NCBI GenBank assembly: GCA_016215325.1
Contig: JACRJV010000003.1
Coordinates: forward strand, 36,191 to 100,190
From: Candidatus Uhrbacteria bacterium
GTDB lineage: Bacteria > Patescibacteriota > Patescibacteriia > JACRJV01
DNA: 64,000 bases
Direction of reading: 5' to 3'
The notes under the pieces were generated by a model. That model searched no databases, had not been told where the DNA came from, and worked only from the letters and a program-made list of their open reading frames with translations. The translations under genes were made by a program, and so were the position numbers. Positions 54,719 to 64,000 of the stretch are shown piece by piece. Numbering within the stretch: position 1 is the first letter of the stretch; each line of letters begins with the position of its first letter.

Positions 54719-56152
54719 ATGCAACCAATTTCTCCGATAAATTTTCTCCATGAGCACCAGAATACGCAACGCAGCAGGACGCGGCGCCGCGCGGGCGTGT
54801 TGGCCGCTGTGGGCATCATTGCCGCGATCCTCTCTTCACCAACGCTGCGTCGCCCACTACTGCCCCCATCTGTCGAACGTGTTGTGGGATCGGTGGAGCA
54901 ATTTTCTATTTTCCACCTTGCTTCTAGCGCGGATCGGTTGCTGCAGGGCGAGCAAGAAGATCGCATTAATATTCTCTTATTGGGTGTCGGCGGCGAAAAT
55001 CATGACGGTGCGTGGCTGACCGACACGATTATGTTGGCTAGTTTGAAACCCAGCACAAAACAAGTCGCGCTTCTTTCACTGCCACGAGATATGGTGGTAC
55101 CCACGCAAAACGGACAATGGCGCAAAATCAACTCTGTCCACGCTGATGCGGAGCTGACCAGTCTGGGTGCGGGCCTTGGAGCGATCCAATCGACCACTGA
55201 GTCCATCACTGGACTCACCGTACCGTATGTTGTTCGCATTGACTTCCAAGGATTCACAAAGTTGATCGATGAGCTGGGTGGAATCGATATCAATGTAGAA
55301 CGGACAGTAGAGGACTACCATTACCCCATCCTGGGGGCAGAAGAAGATCCGATCTATGCCAACCGTTACGAACATCTTGTCATTCCCAAAGGATTTCAAC
55401 ACATGGATGGGGAACTCGCGCTCAAGTTTGTACGCAGCCGATATGCGCTGGGGGCCGAAGGATCGGATTTTTCGCGCTCCCGACGGCAACAGCAAGCACT
55501 CTCGGCAGTCAAGGAGAAGGTGTTGAGTGCCTCCACGCTCCTCTCGCCCCGCAAAGTGACGGCGATTTTAAATCTTTTGCAACAACATACTGCCACCACG
55601 TTCGAAGTATGGGAGATGCTGCGACTTCGACAATTAATCGACGGTGTGGATACGGGCAACATCGCGCTGACCGTATTGGACGACAGCCCATCTTCTCCCC
55701 TGGCCTCCAGCCGCGGCATCGATGGCGCCTACATCCTTGTCCCCAAAGGGGGGAATTTTGAACGCATCCAGCAAATGGCCCAGGTCATGTTCGAGGGCCG
55801 AGAATTGATCCGACCGGAATTTGGACAACAACCTTCCGCTTCCCCGACACGGCTGACCGGCGTCAAGATGAGCGTTGAGGTCCTCAATGGGACGACGCTG
55901 CCCGGATACGCGACCCGAATTGCCCAACTTCTCGAAACCAATGGCTTGAGCGTTAACTCTGTCGGCAATGCTCCCGTGCGCGATGCGACCGCAACGATAG
56001 TCTATATGAATGGTTCCACTCAAACTCTGGAAACAACGGCCAACCGTATCGCCCGATTGGTGGGGGGCGCTGTCAGTAGTGACATTCCACCATGGTTGCG
56101 GCAATATAAGAGTGCAAGCCCGATCGTCATTGTATTAGGACCGGAGCAGTAA
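54719..56152 (+). CDS. LCP (LytR-CpsA-Psr) family glycopolymer transferase with LytR C-terminal domain
   Basis: INILLLG, TDTIML, SLPRD, KINS, VRSR, SDFSRSRRQQ; VEVLNGT..PGYA. Confidence 0.93.
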   Translation: MQPISPINFLHEHQNTQRSRTRRRAGVLAAVGIIAAILSSPTLRRPLLPPSVERVVGSVEQFSIFHLASSADRLLQGEQEDRINILLLGVGGENHDGAWLTDTIMLASLKPSTKQVALLSLPRDMVVPTQNGQWRKINSVHADAELTSLGAGLGAIQSTTESITGLTVPYVVRIDFQGFTKLIDELGGIDINVERTVEDYHYPILGAEEDPIYANRYEHLVIPKGFQHMDGELALKFVRSRYALGAEGSDFSRSRRQQQALSAVKEKVLSASTLLSPRKVTAILNLLQQHTATTFEVWEMLRLRQLIDGVDTGNIALTVLDDSPSSPLASSRGIDGAYILVPKGGNFERIQQMAQVMFEGRELIRPEFGQQPSASPTRLTGVKMSVEVLNGTTLPGYATRIAQLLETNGLSVNSVGNAPVRDATATIVYMNGSTQTLETTANRIARLVGGAVSSDIPPWLRQYKSASPIVIVLGPEQ

Positions 56153-56163
56153 AGTACCCCATT

Positions 56164-57558
56164 ATGTTGATTCGTTCCAAACCATTCGTCCGCCCATTGA
56201 TTGTTCTCGTCGGCAGAACAAATGTTGGCAAATCCACGCTCTATAATCGACTCACACAGCGTGGACAATCTATTGTCTCCGCCATCCCCGCTACAACGCG
56301 GGATATTTTATTCGGGACGTGCCATTGGCAAGGGCGGTTGGCAACAATTGTCGACACGGGCGGACTTTCGTATGCGCCAAATACAACAAGTCACTTCAAA
56401 CGTGCTCGCGAGCGCGAACGGATCGCAGATCCATTCTTGTCCGCTGTACAGACCAAGGTCTTAGACGTGATCGCCATAGCTGATCATGTCTGCTTAGTCG
56501 TCGATGCCATGGAGGGATTGACCGCTGCCGACCAACAATGGGCGCAATACCTCAAGGGACGCACTATACCCCTGACTGCAATTGTAAACAAAGCCGACCG
56601 TTTATCGGCCCGTTATAACGCAGCAGAATTTACCAAATTAGGCATCCCGAATTGTTTTGCTGTTTCCGGCACCAATGGCAGCGGCCTGGGTGATTTGCTC
56701 GATCATTTGCTCAACGCACCAACCGAGTCAATCGACGACCAACAAGCTCCATCGGTCGCGATTGTTGGCAAACCGAATGTCGGGAAATCAACATTATATA
56801 ACGCATTGATTGGACGCGATGAATCAATTGTTTCCCCGCTGCCGCACACCACTCGGGAACCTCACCGTCGGCGAGCATTGTTCGATGAATGGGAGGTCGA
56901 TATTATTGATACTGTTGGATTGAGGAAAAAATCAAAACAAGAATTCCATCTTGAAAAAATTGGCGCGCAAAAAACACTAGCCACCCTTACAACTGCTCAC
57001 GTGGTGCTCCTGGTGATCGATCCCTTTGACGAAGGAATCTCCAACCAGGACCAAGATCTCGGCCGGATGATCCAAGAGCGCAACCTTGCCACCATCATTG
57101 TCGTTAATAAATCGGACCATCGGCACGCAGCGCTTCACCCGTCGACCATAGAGCAAAAAATCCGCCGGCTCTTCCCCCACCTTTCCTTTGCGCCGCTGCT
57201 GCTTATCTCTGCACAGGAAAAGAAAGGTATTGGAGCGCTTGCCAACATGATCAAACGCGTCCACGCCAATTACACGCGAACGGTCGACGATGAAACGCTG
57301 GGCAACATTCTTTCCAGCCTTGTCCTCTTCCCCTCGGCATCAAAACAAAAACGCCCAAGCGGTATCCGCCTGAAGGCCGTGGGTGCCAATCCCCCCGAAT
57401 TCCTGTTGATGCAGCGCAAAAAAACCAAAACCCCCATTGCCATTATTAACATTATTGAAACCCGCTTGCGCCAACAACTAGACCTCTTGGGGACACCCAT
57501 CAAGATCCATGTTCGCCGACCCGTCGGCAGCCACCGTCACGAGAGAGGTCAAGAATAA
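56164..57558 (+). CDS. der: Ribosome biogenesis GTPase Der (EngA)
   Basis: Two G domains: GRTNVGKS/DTGG/NKAD and GKPNVGKS/DTVG/NKSD; C-terminal GTPI. Confidence 0.93.
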   Translation: MLIRSKPFVRPLIVLVGRTNVGKSTLYNRLTQRGQSIVSAIPATTRDILFGTCHWQGRLATIVDTGGLSYAPNTTSHFKRARERERIADPFLSAVQTKVLDVIAIADHVCLVVDAMEGLTAADQQWAQYLKGRTIPLTAIVNKADRLSARYNAAEFTKLGIPNCFAVSGTNGSGLGDLLDHLLNAPTESIDDQQAPSVAIVGKPNVGKSTLYNALIGRDESIVSPLPHTTREPHRRRALFDEWEVDIIDTVGLRKKSKQEFHLEKIGAQKTLATLTTAHVVLLVIDPFDEGISNQDQDLGRMIQERNLATIIVVNKSDHRHAALHPSTIEQKIRRLFPHLSFAPLLLISAQEKKGIGALANMIKRVHANYTRTVDDETLGNILSSLVLFPSASKQKRPSGIRLKAVGANPPEFLLMQRKKTKTPIAIINIIETRLRQQLDLLGTPIKIHVRRPVGSHRHERGQE

Positions 57559-57577
57559 CATACAACCTCAATTCTCT

Positions 57578-59143
57578 ATGATGAAACCTTTTTCAGTGCC
57601 TCGCGGCGTTGTCGATATGCTCACCGTTGCCTTTGGGAGCTTCTGTTTGATGGTGATTGAGCTCATTGCCGGGCGCATCATGGCGCCCACGCTGGGGGTT
57701 TCGATTTATACATGGACTAGCATCATCGCCGTCATCCTCGCCGGTATTACCCTTGGCAATGCAGCGGGAGGGATGGTCGCCGACCGTGCGGGATCGCGGT
57801 CAACCCTCGGCAAAATCTTTATTGTTTCGGGCCTCGCCACGCTCATGATTGTCTATACCGGTCGCACCATGGACCGATACTTTGCCGGCAGCATGGAATC
57901 TCTGCTATTTAGCACACTCTATTATTCCATCATGGTATTCCTTCCGCCTGCGTTTTTCTTAAGTTTTGTCACGCCAATGGTGGTTAAGCTCGCGCTCACC
58001 GACCTTGCAAAAACCGGTACAACGGTGGGACGGCTCTATGCGTCCAGTGCAGCAGGTTCGATCTTGGGTACGGTGATGACGGGATATTTTTTTATCGAAT
58101 GGTTCGGGACCACCGCGATTGCCAATGGCATTGCGCTGTCGCTGGTGGTTGTGGGGCTCCTCCACCTTGGCAATGTGCAATTGCTCAAAAGCCGGAGTTT
58201 CCCGCTCGTCCTGCTGTTGTTCCTCGGCTCATGGGCGCTCCCAAGCTCCTGCACCCGAGAAAGTCAGTATTATTGCATTATCATAAAACCATGGGAACTG
58301 CCGGGCGGTAGCACTGGCAGCATTGTTCGACTCGATCATCTTGTCTATAGCTTTCTCCTGCCGGATGATCGAACAGGGGTCGCAATGCTCGGCTATAGCT
58401 ACGAACGAGCATTCGCACAATTGGTGGCAATGGAGCAAACAACTGCGGATCCCTTCCGAGCATTTTATATTGGCGGCGGCGGATATGTCGGGCCACGCTA
58501 CTTTACTGCCGTCTATCCCAACAGCGACAACACTGTTTCAGAGATTGATCCCGTTGTGACCCAAGTGAACAAAGATTTGCTTTCTCTGCCCACAAGCGAG
58601 CGGCTACGCACAGTTAACCAAGATGCCCGAATAGCGTTGAAACAAATGTCCCCAGAAACAAAGTATGACTACATTTTTGGGGATGCGTTTAATGATTTCG
58701 CGGTTCCGTACCACTTGACGACCCGAGAATTTAACCAGTTGGTCAAAGCTCACCTTACCCCCGACGGCTGGTACGCACTGAACGTGATCGACGATCCACG
58801 TTCTGGACGATTTGTTTCTTCCATTGTGAAGACGTTGGAACAAGATTTCAGCAATGTCACTCTCATGCCAGATCCGAGTCAGGCGCCAATCAATCATCGC
58901 ACAACATTTGTGGTGCTTGCGTCGGATGCTGCGTTAGACCGCGAACGTTGGAACAAGGCGAAATTACCGGTCGAAATCCCAGACATGGTGGCCAACACCA
59001 CGACAGGGACGAGTTCAGAAACAATGATGCTTTCCGATCCCAAAGGGCTCAATGCGTGGATCGCTCAAAAAAACGCAATCGTGTTAACAGACAATTTCGT
59101 CCCGGTTGATACCATGGTGGCTCCGCTATTTACAAGGCGGTAA
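57578..59143 (+). CDS. Fused membrane (MFS-like)/spermidine-synthase-like methyltransferase
   Basis: ELIAGR..P.LG.S..TW, GSILGT, IGGGGY, EIDP, DAF, HLTTREF, LTDNFVPVD; start moved to ATG 57578. Confidence 0.88.
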   Translation: MMKPFSVPRGVVDMLTVAFGSFCLMVIELIAGRIMAPTLGVSIYTWTSIIAVILAGITLGNAAGGMVADRAGSRSTLGKIFIVSGLATLMIVYTGRTMDRYFAGSMESLLFSTLYYSIMVFLPPAFFLSFVTPMVVKLALTDLAKTGTTVGRLYASSAAGSILGTVMTGYFFIEWFGTTAIANGIALSLVVVGLLHLGNVQLLKSRSFPLVLLLFLGSWALPSSCTRESQYYCIIIKPWELPGGSTGSIVRLDHLVYSFLLPDDRTGVAMLGYSYERAFAQLVAMEQTTADPFRAFYIGGGGYVGPRYFTAVYPNSDNTVSEIDPVVTQVNKDLLSLPTSERLRTVNQDARIALKQMSPETKYDYIFGDAFNDFAVPYHLTTREFNQLVKAHLTPDGWYALNVIDDPRSGRFVSSIVKTLEQDFSNVTLMPDPSQAPINHRTTFVVLASDAALDRERWNKAKLPVEIPDMVANTTTGTSSETMMLSDPKGLNAWIAQKNAIVLTDNFVPVDTMVAPLFTRR

Positions 59144-59154
59144 ATACTCTTTAT

Positions 59155-59739
59155 ATGCACGTTATCGTCGGTTTGGGCAACCCGGGGAAAGAATATGCAT
59201 TCACGCGCCACAACGTTGGCTGGTTGGCGCTCGACAAAATTTCTCATGACCGATGGAAATTGGATAAACGCGCGAACGCGGAAACGTTAAAAGTTTCGGT
59301 CGGAGATACGCCCGTTCTGTTGGTGAAGCCGCAAACCTTCATGAACAATTCCGGTGTGGCGGCACAATCAATAATAAATACCTACAGGCGACAAACTACA
59401 ATCGACAAGCTCGTCGTCATCCACGACGACATCGACCTCGCGCTCGGAACGATCCGTGTGAGCCACGGGAGTTCCTCGGGGGGGCACAAAGGAGTGCGAT
59501 CGATTATCAATCACTTGGACACAAGGAATTTTTGGAGAGTACGCATTGGAATCCGATCAATGCAAATATCAGATATCAGATATCAAATATCAGATCGGAT
59601 TGATACGCCTGATTTTGTGCTTAATAAATTTTCAAAAGAAGAACAGAGGTTTTTACCCAACATTTTAGAAAATGTCGTTACGATTGTTGAGGAGATGCTC
59701 ACGAAAAAACCTTCGGTAAAGACGGTACATGTCCGATAA
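59155..59739 (+). CDS. pth: Peptidyl-tRNA hydrolase
   Basis: VGLGNPG, TRHNVG, KPQTFMNNSG, HDDID, GGHKG. Confidence 0.96.
   Translation: MHVIVGLGNPGKEYAFTRHNVGWLALDKISHDRWKLDKRANAETLKVSVGDTPVLLVKPQTFMNNSGVAAQSIINTYRRQTTIDKLVVIHDDIDLALGTIRVSHGSSSGGHKGVRSIINHLDTRNFWRVRIGIRSMQISDIRYQISDRIDTPDFVLNKFSKEEQRFLPNILENVVTIVEEMLTKKPSVKTVHVR
59563..59595 (+). repeat. Heptamer tandem repeat CA(A/G)ATAT inside pth
   Basis: CAAATAT CAGATAT CAGATAT CAAATAT CAGAT. Confidence 0.85.
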
Positions 59740-59743
59740 GGGT

Positions 59744-59804
59744 GTATACAAAAAAACTTCCGGCTGGATGGGTAGAAACCATAGCCGGGAGTTCTTTTGT
59801 ATAC
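59744..59804. terminator. Bidirectional terminator-like hairpin between convergent genes
   Basis: GTATACAAAAAAACTTCCGGCT...AGCCGGGAGTTCTTTTGTATAC. Confidence 0.75.
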
Positions 59805-59821
59805 TAACCAAATGCCAGATG

Positions 59822-60460
59822 TTATTCCTTCGGTAAATATCTTCCGCGATTATCCTCCGATCCCGCTATGGCAACCCACTTCGCGATAATACCTAACAGC
59901 TTTTTCTGTCGCTCAATATAGGCGGCAAACTCTTTCTTGCGTTGATCAGAGGTCTTTTTATCTTTTGGTGCCCGGTAATCATCATCGTGATACCCTGCAG
60001 CAAGGGTATTCCGCGCTTTATCAACAGAGTTAATAAATTCCCGGAGTGCGCTCATGAAAAATTGATCACCCCCATGCTTTTTTGCTCCGGCAATGAATTC
60101 TTTGTTCATGTTTTCAATTCGTTCCATCAACTCTTGGGTTCTGGCTTCCCTCTGGTCAATCTCAGAAAAACCGAGACGCGCGCAGGCCTTATCGATATCA
60201 GAGCAGTAGCGATGGAGCCCAATGTCGCGAATATGACCAACTCCTTTTTCGACCGTCTTTAATTCTGCTGCGATAGCGGGCTGACGATCGAATGGGGTTT
60301 CGGGGTTCGATTGCGTCATTACTTCTGCATACGCATTCTGCATCGAAACCAAAGCACTAAATCCAACTATTATTTTGGCACTTTGGACCTTCTCCCGCAG
60401 CGCCTGCATAAAAGATTTTCCTTCATCATTCTCAACGCTGCCCGATTGTTCAAATTTCAT
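59822..60460 (-). CDS. Hypothetical helical protein, possibly exported
   Basis: 212-aa ORF filling the gap, AT-rich leader, short hydrophobic segment ending AYA/E; no recognisable motif. Confidence 0.65.
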   Translation of the reverse strand: MKFEQSGSVENDEGKSFMQALREKVQSAKIIVGFSALVSMQNAYAEVMTQSNPETPFDRQPAIAAELKTVEKGVGHIRDIGLHRYCSDIDKACARLGFSEIDQREARTQELMERIENMNKEFIAGAKKHGGDQFFMSALREFINSVDKARNTLAAGYHDDDYRAPKDKKTSDQRKKEFAAYIERQKKLLGIIAKWVAIAGSEDNRGRYLPKE

Positions 60461-60485
60461 AATAAATAAAGATTAATGAAGATGA

Positions 60486-60610
60486 CCTGGGGTTCGCCCC
60501 AGAGAGCTGGCCGACCGGTGGCAGGAACGTACCCAATGCTGGGACACTCCTACACTTGCGGGATAGGGCTAAGGAGGGGTTGCCCGCACCCTACCTTCGG
60601 ACAGCGCACT
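60486..60610 (-). ncRNA. Candidate multi-stem structured RNA of unknown family
   Basis: Nested helices with G-U pairs only on the minus strand, a GCAA tetraloop, and a 3' CTGGGG-CGAA-CCCCAG hairpin. Confidence 0.45.
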
Positions 60611-60624
60611 AAGGCGAATAAGAA

Positions 60625-60686
60625 AAAAGCAAATTGTGCGCGCCGCTGCGCGCTCCGAAATTTTACACTTTGCGCTTTGAGCTTTA
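60625..60686. repeat. 7-nt-unit element downstream of secF
   Basis: Minus strand TAAAGCT CAAAGCG CAAAGTG TAAAATT then GCGCGC..GCGCGC; first unit contains the secF stop. Confidence 0.65.
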
Positions 60687-61616
60687 CATTTTTCGTCGTT
60701 GTTCCCACTCCTGCCACGCCACGAGCAATGGGCTGGCGATAAAAATGGAGCTGTAGGTCCCAAAGAATACGCCGATCAATAAGGTCAAAATAAAGTCTCG
60801 AATCGTTTCACCGCCAAAGAACAGTGTTGTCGCAAGAATAATCAATAACGTGACAGAGGTGTTGATGGAGCGAATAAACGTTTCGTTGACACTGCGGTTG
60901 ACCACCTCTGCAAACGCCAGGTTGCGATGCTTTAGTAAATTCTCCCGGGTTCGATCAAATACCACAATGGTATCATGGACCGAAAAGCCTAAGATGGTCA
61001 ACAAGGCAACAACCAGGAGGGCATTGGCCTCGTAGCCATAGAGGCGCCCCATGAGTGCAAACGCGCCCGTCGGAATGATTACGTCGTGCAACAACGCAAC
61101 AATCGTTGCCACGCCGTATTTCCAGCTCTTCACTGGGTACGAGACTTTACGGAATGACCAAGTGATGAGCAACACAATGCCGATGATCGCAAAGATGATC
61201 GCCCAAATCGTTTTGCGCCGGAGTTCGCTGCCAATAATAGGCCCGACCGTTTCAAACTGATCTTCTGTGACACGAGGGTTTTTGGGATCCTGCCCGGGGA
61301 ACGTTTTTTGAAGCGCGGGCAACACTTGATCATGTTCAGTGCTCGTCAGTGGCCGAGTGCGCAACGTAAACGAATTGTCCCCCACCGGGCTTATCGAGAT
61401 CGTATCAAGGTTTAATCCGCCCAGTGCATCATGGGTCGCTTGAACGTTGGGCCGCTCTCCGACGAAGCTCACTTCTATCGCGGTCCCGCCGGTAAAATCA
61501 ATACCAGGCTTCAGCCCCCACAGCAGCAACGCAATAATGCTGGCCACAACTAATGCCCCCGAAATCATGAAATAAATTTTTCGATGGGAAATGATGGGAA
61601 ACGTCATACCATTCAT
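60684..61616 (-). CDS. secF: Protein translocase subunit SecF
   Basis: GIDFTGG, VGPIIGSEL, LHDV, GFSVHDTIVVFDRTRE, GTYSSIFIASP. Confidence 0.96.
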   Translation of the reverse strand: MNGMTFPIISHRKIYFMISGALVVASIIALLLWGLKPGIDFTGGTAIEVSFVGERPNVQATHDALGGLNLDTISISPVGDNSFTLRTRPLTSTEHDQVLPALQKTFPGQDPKNPRVTEDQFETVGPIIGSELRRKTIWAIIFAIIGIVLLITWSFRKVSYPVKSWKYGVATIVALLHDVIIPTGAFALMGRLYGYEANALLVVALLTILGFSVHDTIVVFDRTRENLLKHRNLAFAEVVNRSVNETFIRSINTSVTLLIILATTLFFGGETIRDFILTLLIGVFFGTYSSIFIASPLLVAWQEWEQRRKM

Positions 61617-63698
61617 TTATTGGTTTATTGGTTTATTGACGCGGGCAAACATCCAATGGTGTCTTTGCACCCAGGGTAAAATCCATTTGAGCAGTGTCCG
61701 AGTGACCGTAATAGCGGAAAATAAACTTACGATAATGCCCAACGCCAAGGTAATAGCAAACCCTTTAATATTACTTGAGCTAAACGTATAGAGAATAACA
61801 CAGGTGATCAAACTCGATGCGTTTGAATCTCGGATCGAGGTCCAAGCGCGCCCAAACCCTTCGCGCAAGGCTTCAGTCAACGGTTTACCCCATCGCAATT
61901 CTTCTTTCATGCGCTCGAAAATCAGAATATTTGCATCAACGGCCATTCCGATAGACAGCAGCACACCTGCGATACCCGCAAATGTCAAGGTAATTCCCGC
62001 AATCTTAAATACACTCAACAATACTGCCGTGTAGAGGAGGAGGGCGCCACTGGCGAGCACGCCAGGCAATCGGTAGAGCAGAATCATAAACAGGATGATC
62101 GCGATCACACCGTATATCCCTGCTTTCAAACTCTTTGCGATAGATTCTGCCCCCAAGCTTGCTCCCACAATTTGCTGATTGAGCAAGTTGATTGGCACGG
62201 GCAATGCTCCGGCATTCAACCGTTGCGCCAATAATTTTGCTTCGGGCACAGTGAAGCTGCCCGTGATGACCGCTCGCCCCCCATCGATTTGCGATTGCAC
62301 CCGCGGAACACTAATGGGGCTGCCATCTAAAAAGATGGCGATGGGTTTGCCGATATTGCGCTTCGTGAGCTCGGAGAATAATTTCCCACCCTCATCATCA
62401 AATTGAATGCTCACTGTGGGCTCCCCGGTATTGGGGTCGAACTCTACTGCCGCTTTCTCTAACTGCTTCCCGCCGAGACCGGTATATTGGAAATCATCTT
62501 GTGGCCCTAAGATGTCTTCTTTCAAGGTCTTTCGTGTTGTGATGCGATACAAATGATACTCCGGCGTCTTCGAAGTCACCAAGCGTTCACCAGTTTTATA
62601 AATCAAATGGAACCCGAAGTCTGTTTCTACGGGCCCCACAATAGAGCCCACCGAGGCCTCAAAGGCGGCATCCTCAAACGGTTTGGTCATGGCGCCCACG
62701 CCAAAAAAATCTAAATCTCCACCGTTGGTCTTGGCGGTGGGATCCGTAGAGTTTTCTTTTGCTAAATCTGCAAAGTTGTCTTTAGTTGCCTTGGATTTGA
62801 GTTCTTCGATTTTTTTATCGGCTTCGGCACGGGTTGACTTGCTCTCACAGCGTTGCTTGCCTTCAAAGCAAACCAACAAGTGGCTCGCTCGCACTTCTTT
62901 GACTTTATTATTGACCGATTCGACCCGCACAACATTGTAAGCGTCAGCAGTTTCCACGACCCGCGGGAAGATGTATGGCGGTTTTTGCGGAGATGACTTT
63001 ATCGCTTTGACAAGATCGCCCAGTTGCGGATTGTCTTCTTTCACAAGACCTAAATCCCCCTTGGCGGTGACGACGCCGATCCCTTCGTTTTTGGCTTCAA
63101 ATACTGTTGTAAAATCGGCTCCGGGCTTGAGCGCCTCTTTGAGGATCTCATCGGCTCGCTTCTTGGCCTCTGCGTTTTTCTGTTCAATTTCTTTCTTCTG
63201 CTGCTCGGTAAGTTCTGTGGCGGGGTTCGGGTTCTGTTCTTTGAATTCGAGCAGCGGCGTCTCGCCAATGAGTTTAATAGCTTGATTAATATCTTGGATG
63301 CCAGCGAGCTCCACAATCACCCGCCAATGATCGCCGACTTTCGCCGTTTGGATCAATGGTTCCGCAACGCCAAAGGCATTCACGCGACGTTCGATCACGT
63401 CGCGCACGCCATCGAGTGCCGATGACTGTTCGTTGCCAGGGACCTTGGACACATCGGCCTCATAAACGAGCCGTGTCCCCCCCTTGAGATCCAACCCCAA
63501 ACGATATGGTGTGTCAGGGAACTTCTTCCAAGGCCATGCAATATTGTCGAGGACCCAATTCCCCTGTTGTGGCGCGGCGTAACCGGCAGAAAGAACGAAT
63601 AGCACCGCTAATGCGGCGACGGCCCACCAAATGCGGGCGCGAGGGGTATGGAAAAGGCTTGAAAATCCTTTGGAAGCGGAAGAGAATCGACTTGCCAT
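61617..63698 (-). CDS. secD: Protein translocase subunit SecD with inserted parvulin (PpiC) PPIase domains
   Basis: LGLDLKGG, RRVNAFGVAEP, LNAGALP, GMAVDANILIFER; internal VRASHLL...GGDL...VETDFGFHLI; start moved to ATG 63698. Confidence 0.95.
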   Translation of the reverse strand: MASRFSSASKGFSSLFHTPRARIWWAVAALAVLFVLSAGYAAPQQGNWVLDNIAWPWKKFPDTPYRLGLDLKGGTRLVYEADVSKVPGNEQSSALDGVRDVIERRVNAFGVAEPLIQTAKVGDHWRVIVELAGIQDINQAIKLIGETPLLEFKEQNPNPATELTEQQKKEIEQKNAEAKKRADEILKEALKPGADFTTVFEAKNEGIGVVTAKGDLGLVKEDNPQLGDLVKAIKSSPQKPPYIFPRVVETADAYNVVRVESVNNKVKEVRASHLLVCFEGKQRCESKSTRAEADKKIEELKSKATKDNFADLAKENSTDPTAKTNGGDLDFFGVGAMTKPFEDAAFEASVGSIVGPVETDFGFHLIYKTGERLVTSKTPEYHLYRITTRKTLKEDILGPQDDFQYTGLGGKQLEKAAVEFDPNTGEPTVSIQFDDEGGKLFSELTKRNIGKPIAIFLDGSPISVPRVQSQIDGGRAVITGSFTVPEAKLLAQRLNAGALPVPINLLNQQIVGASLGAESIAKSLKAGIYGVIAIILFMILLYRLPGVLASGALLLYTAVLLSVFKIAGITLTFAGIAGVLLSIGMAVDANILIFERMKEELRWGKPLTEALREGFGRAWTSIRDSNASSLITCVILYTFSSSNIKGFAITLALGIIVSLFSAITVTRTLLKWILPWVQRHHWMFARVNKPINQ

Positions 63699-63731
63699 AT
63701 TCACTTCACTAAGTTGCCAAACAATGGGACT

Positions 63732-63761
63732 AGTATACGCCGAAAATTGCGGCTGCGTCAA
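63732..63761 (-). promoter_or_regulatory. sigma70-type promoter for secDF
   Basis: TTGACG-18 bp-TATACT. Confidence 0.6.
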
Positions 63762-63776
63762 CCGCTTATTCGTTGA

Positions 63777-64000
63777 TTAGTTGACAACGGTCTTGTGAGT
63801 ATCGAGGTATCGCTCAATCGTATCCAGCATCTTATGGTACCCGGCATCCGAAAGATTATATATAAAATCATCATGGAACCCTTTTTTTACATTCGTCCCC
63901 GCATCCAGTACTCGATATTTCCCCTTAAACGATTCTAACGAAATTCGCCCTCCTCCATTGACATATGCCGCGTCGTAAAAGCTTTGAAAAGCATCCTTGA
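63777..64000 (-). CDS. 3' end of an unidentified protein entering from the right window edge
   Basis: Open frame KDAFQSFYDAAY...LDTHKTVVN* ending TAA at 63777-63779. Confidence 0.55.
   Translation of the reverse strand, partial: KDAFQSFYDAAYVNGGGRISLESFKGKYRVLDAGTNVKKGFHDDFIYNLSDAGYHKMLDTIERYLDTHKTVVN

Noticed and set aside
60486-60610. Cobalamin riboswitch, HDV-like ribozyme or SRP RNA
   Set aside because: Only short words match (CCCGCAA.TGTA, GGCTAAGGAG); the B12 box, HDV nested pseudoknot and SRP GGAA/AGCAG motifs are absent

Overview
64-kb bacterial genomic window using genetic code 11 (RF2 present, TGA is stop). Gene content and style suggest a Patescibacteria/CPR genome, possibly ABY1-like; this is inference. 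Left ~24 kb: a surface-glycan island with a pseudaminic-acid-type nonulosonate pathway (pseB, RmlD-like/pseC fusion, pseG-like, neuB/pseI, spsF-like), many tailoring enzymes, and a separately promoted acpS-fkbH-ACP-maoC-SDR acyl-carrier module. Middle: nucleotide-sugar genes, ahcY, prfB (programmed +1 frameshift), htrA, ftsZ/ftsA, dgkA, ybeY. Then a three-gene surface-protein locus centred on a 3435-aa Cys-rich Ig/IPT/FN3/CARDB protein with pilin-like ends, followed by rpsU, HIT, hisS, lepB, tRNA-Val(CAC), LCP, der, MFS/spermidine-synthase fusion, pth, secF and a secD with inserted parvulin PPIase domains. Non-coding signals: many gene junctions from ~26.9 kb rightward hold imperfect palindromes built from 7-, 8- or 9-nt tandem units (several multi-copy families, some supplying stop/start codons or invading CDSs). 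Two strongly structured elements of unknown identity lie at 54478-54630 and ~60486-60610. All annotations are by eye; no database searches were run.
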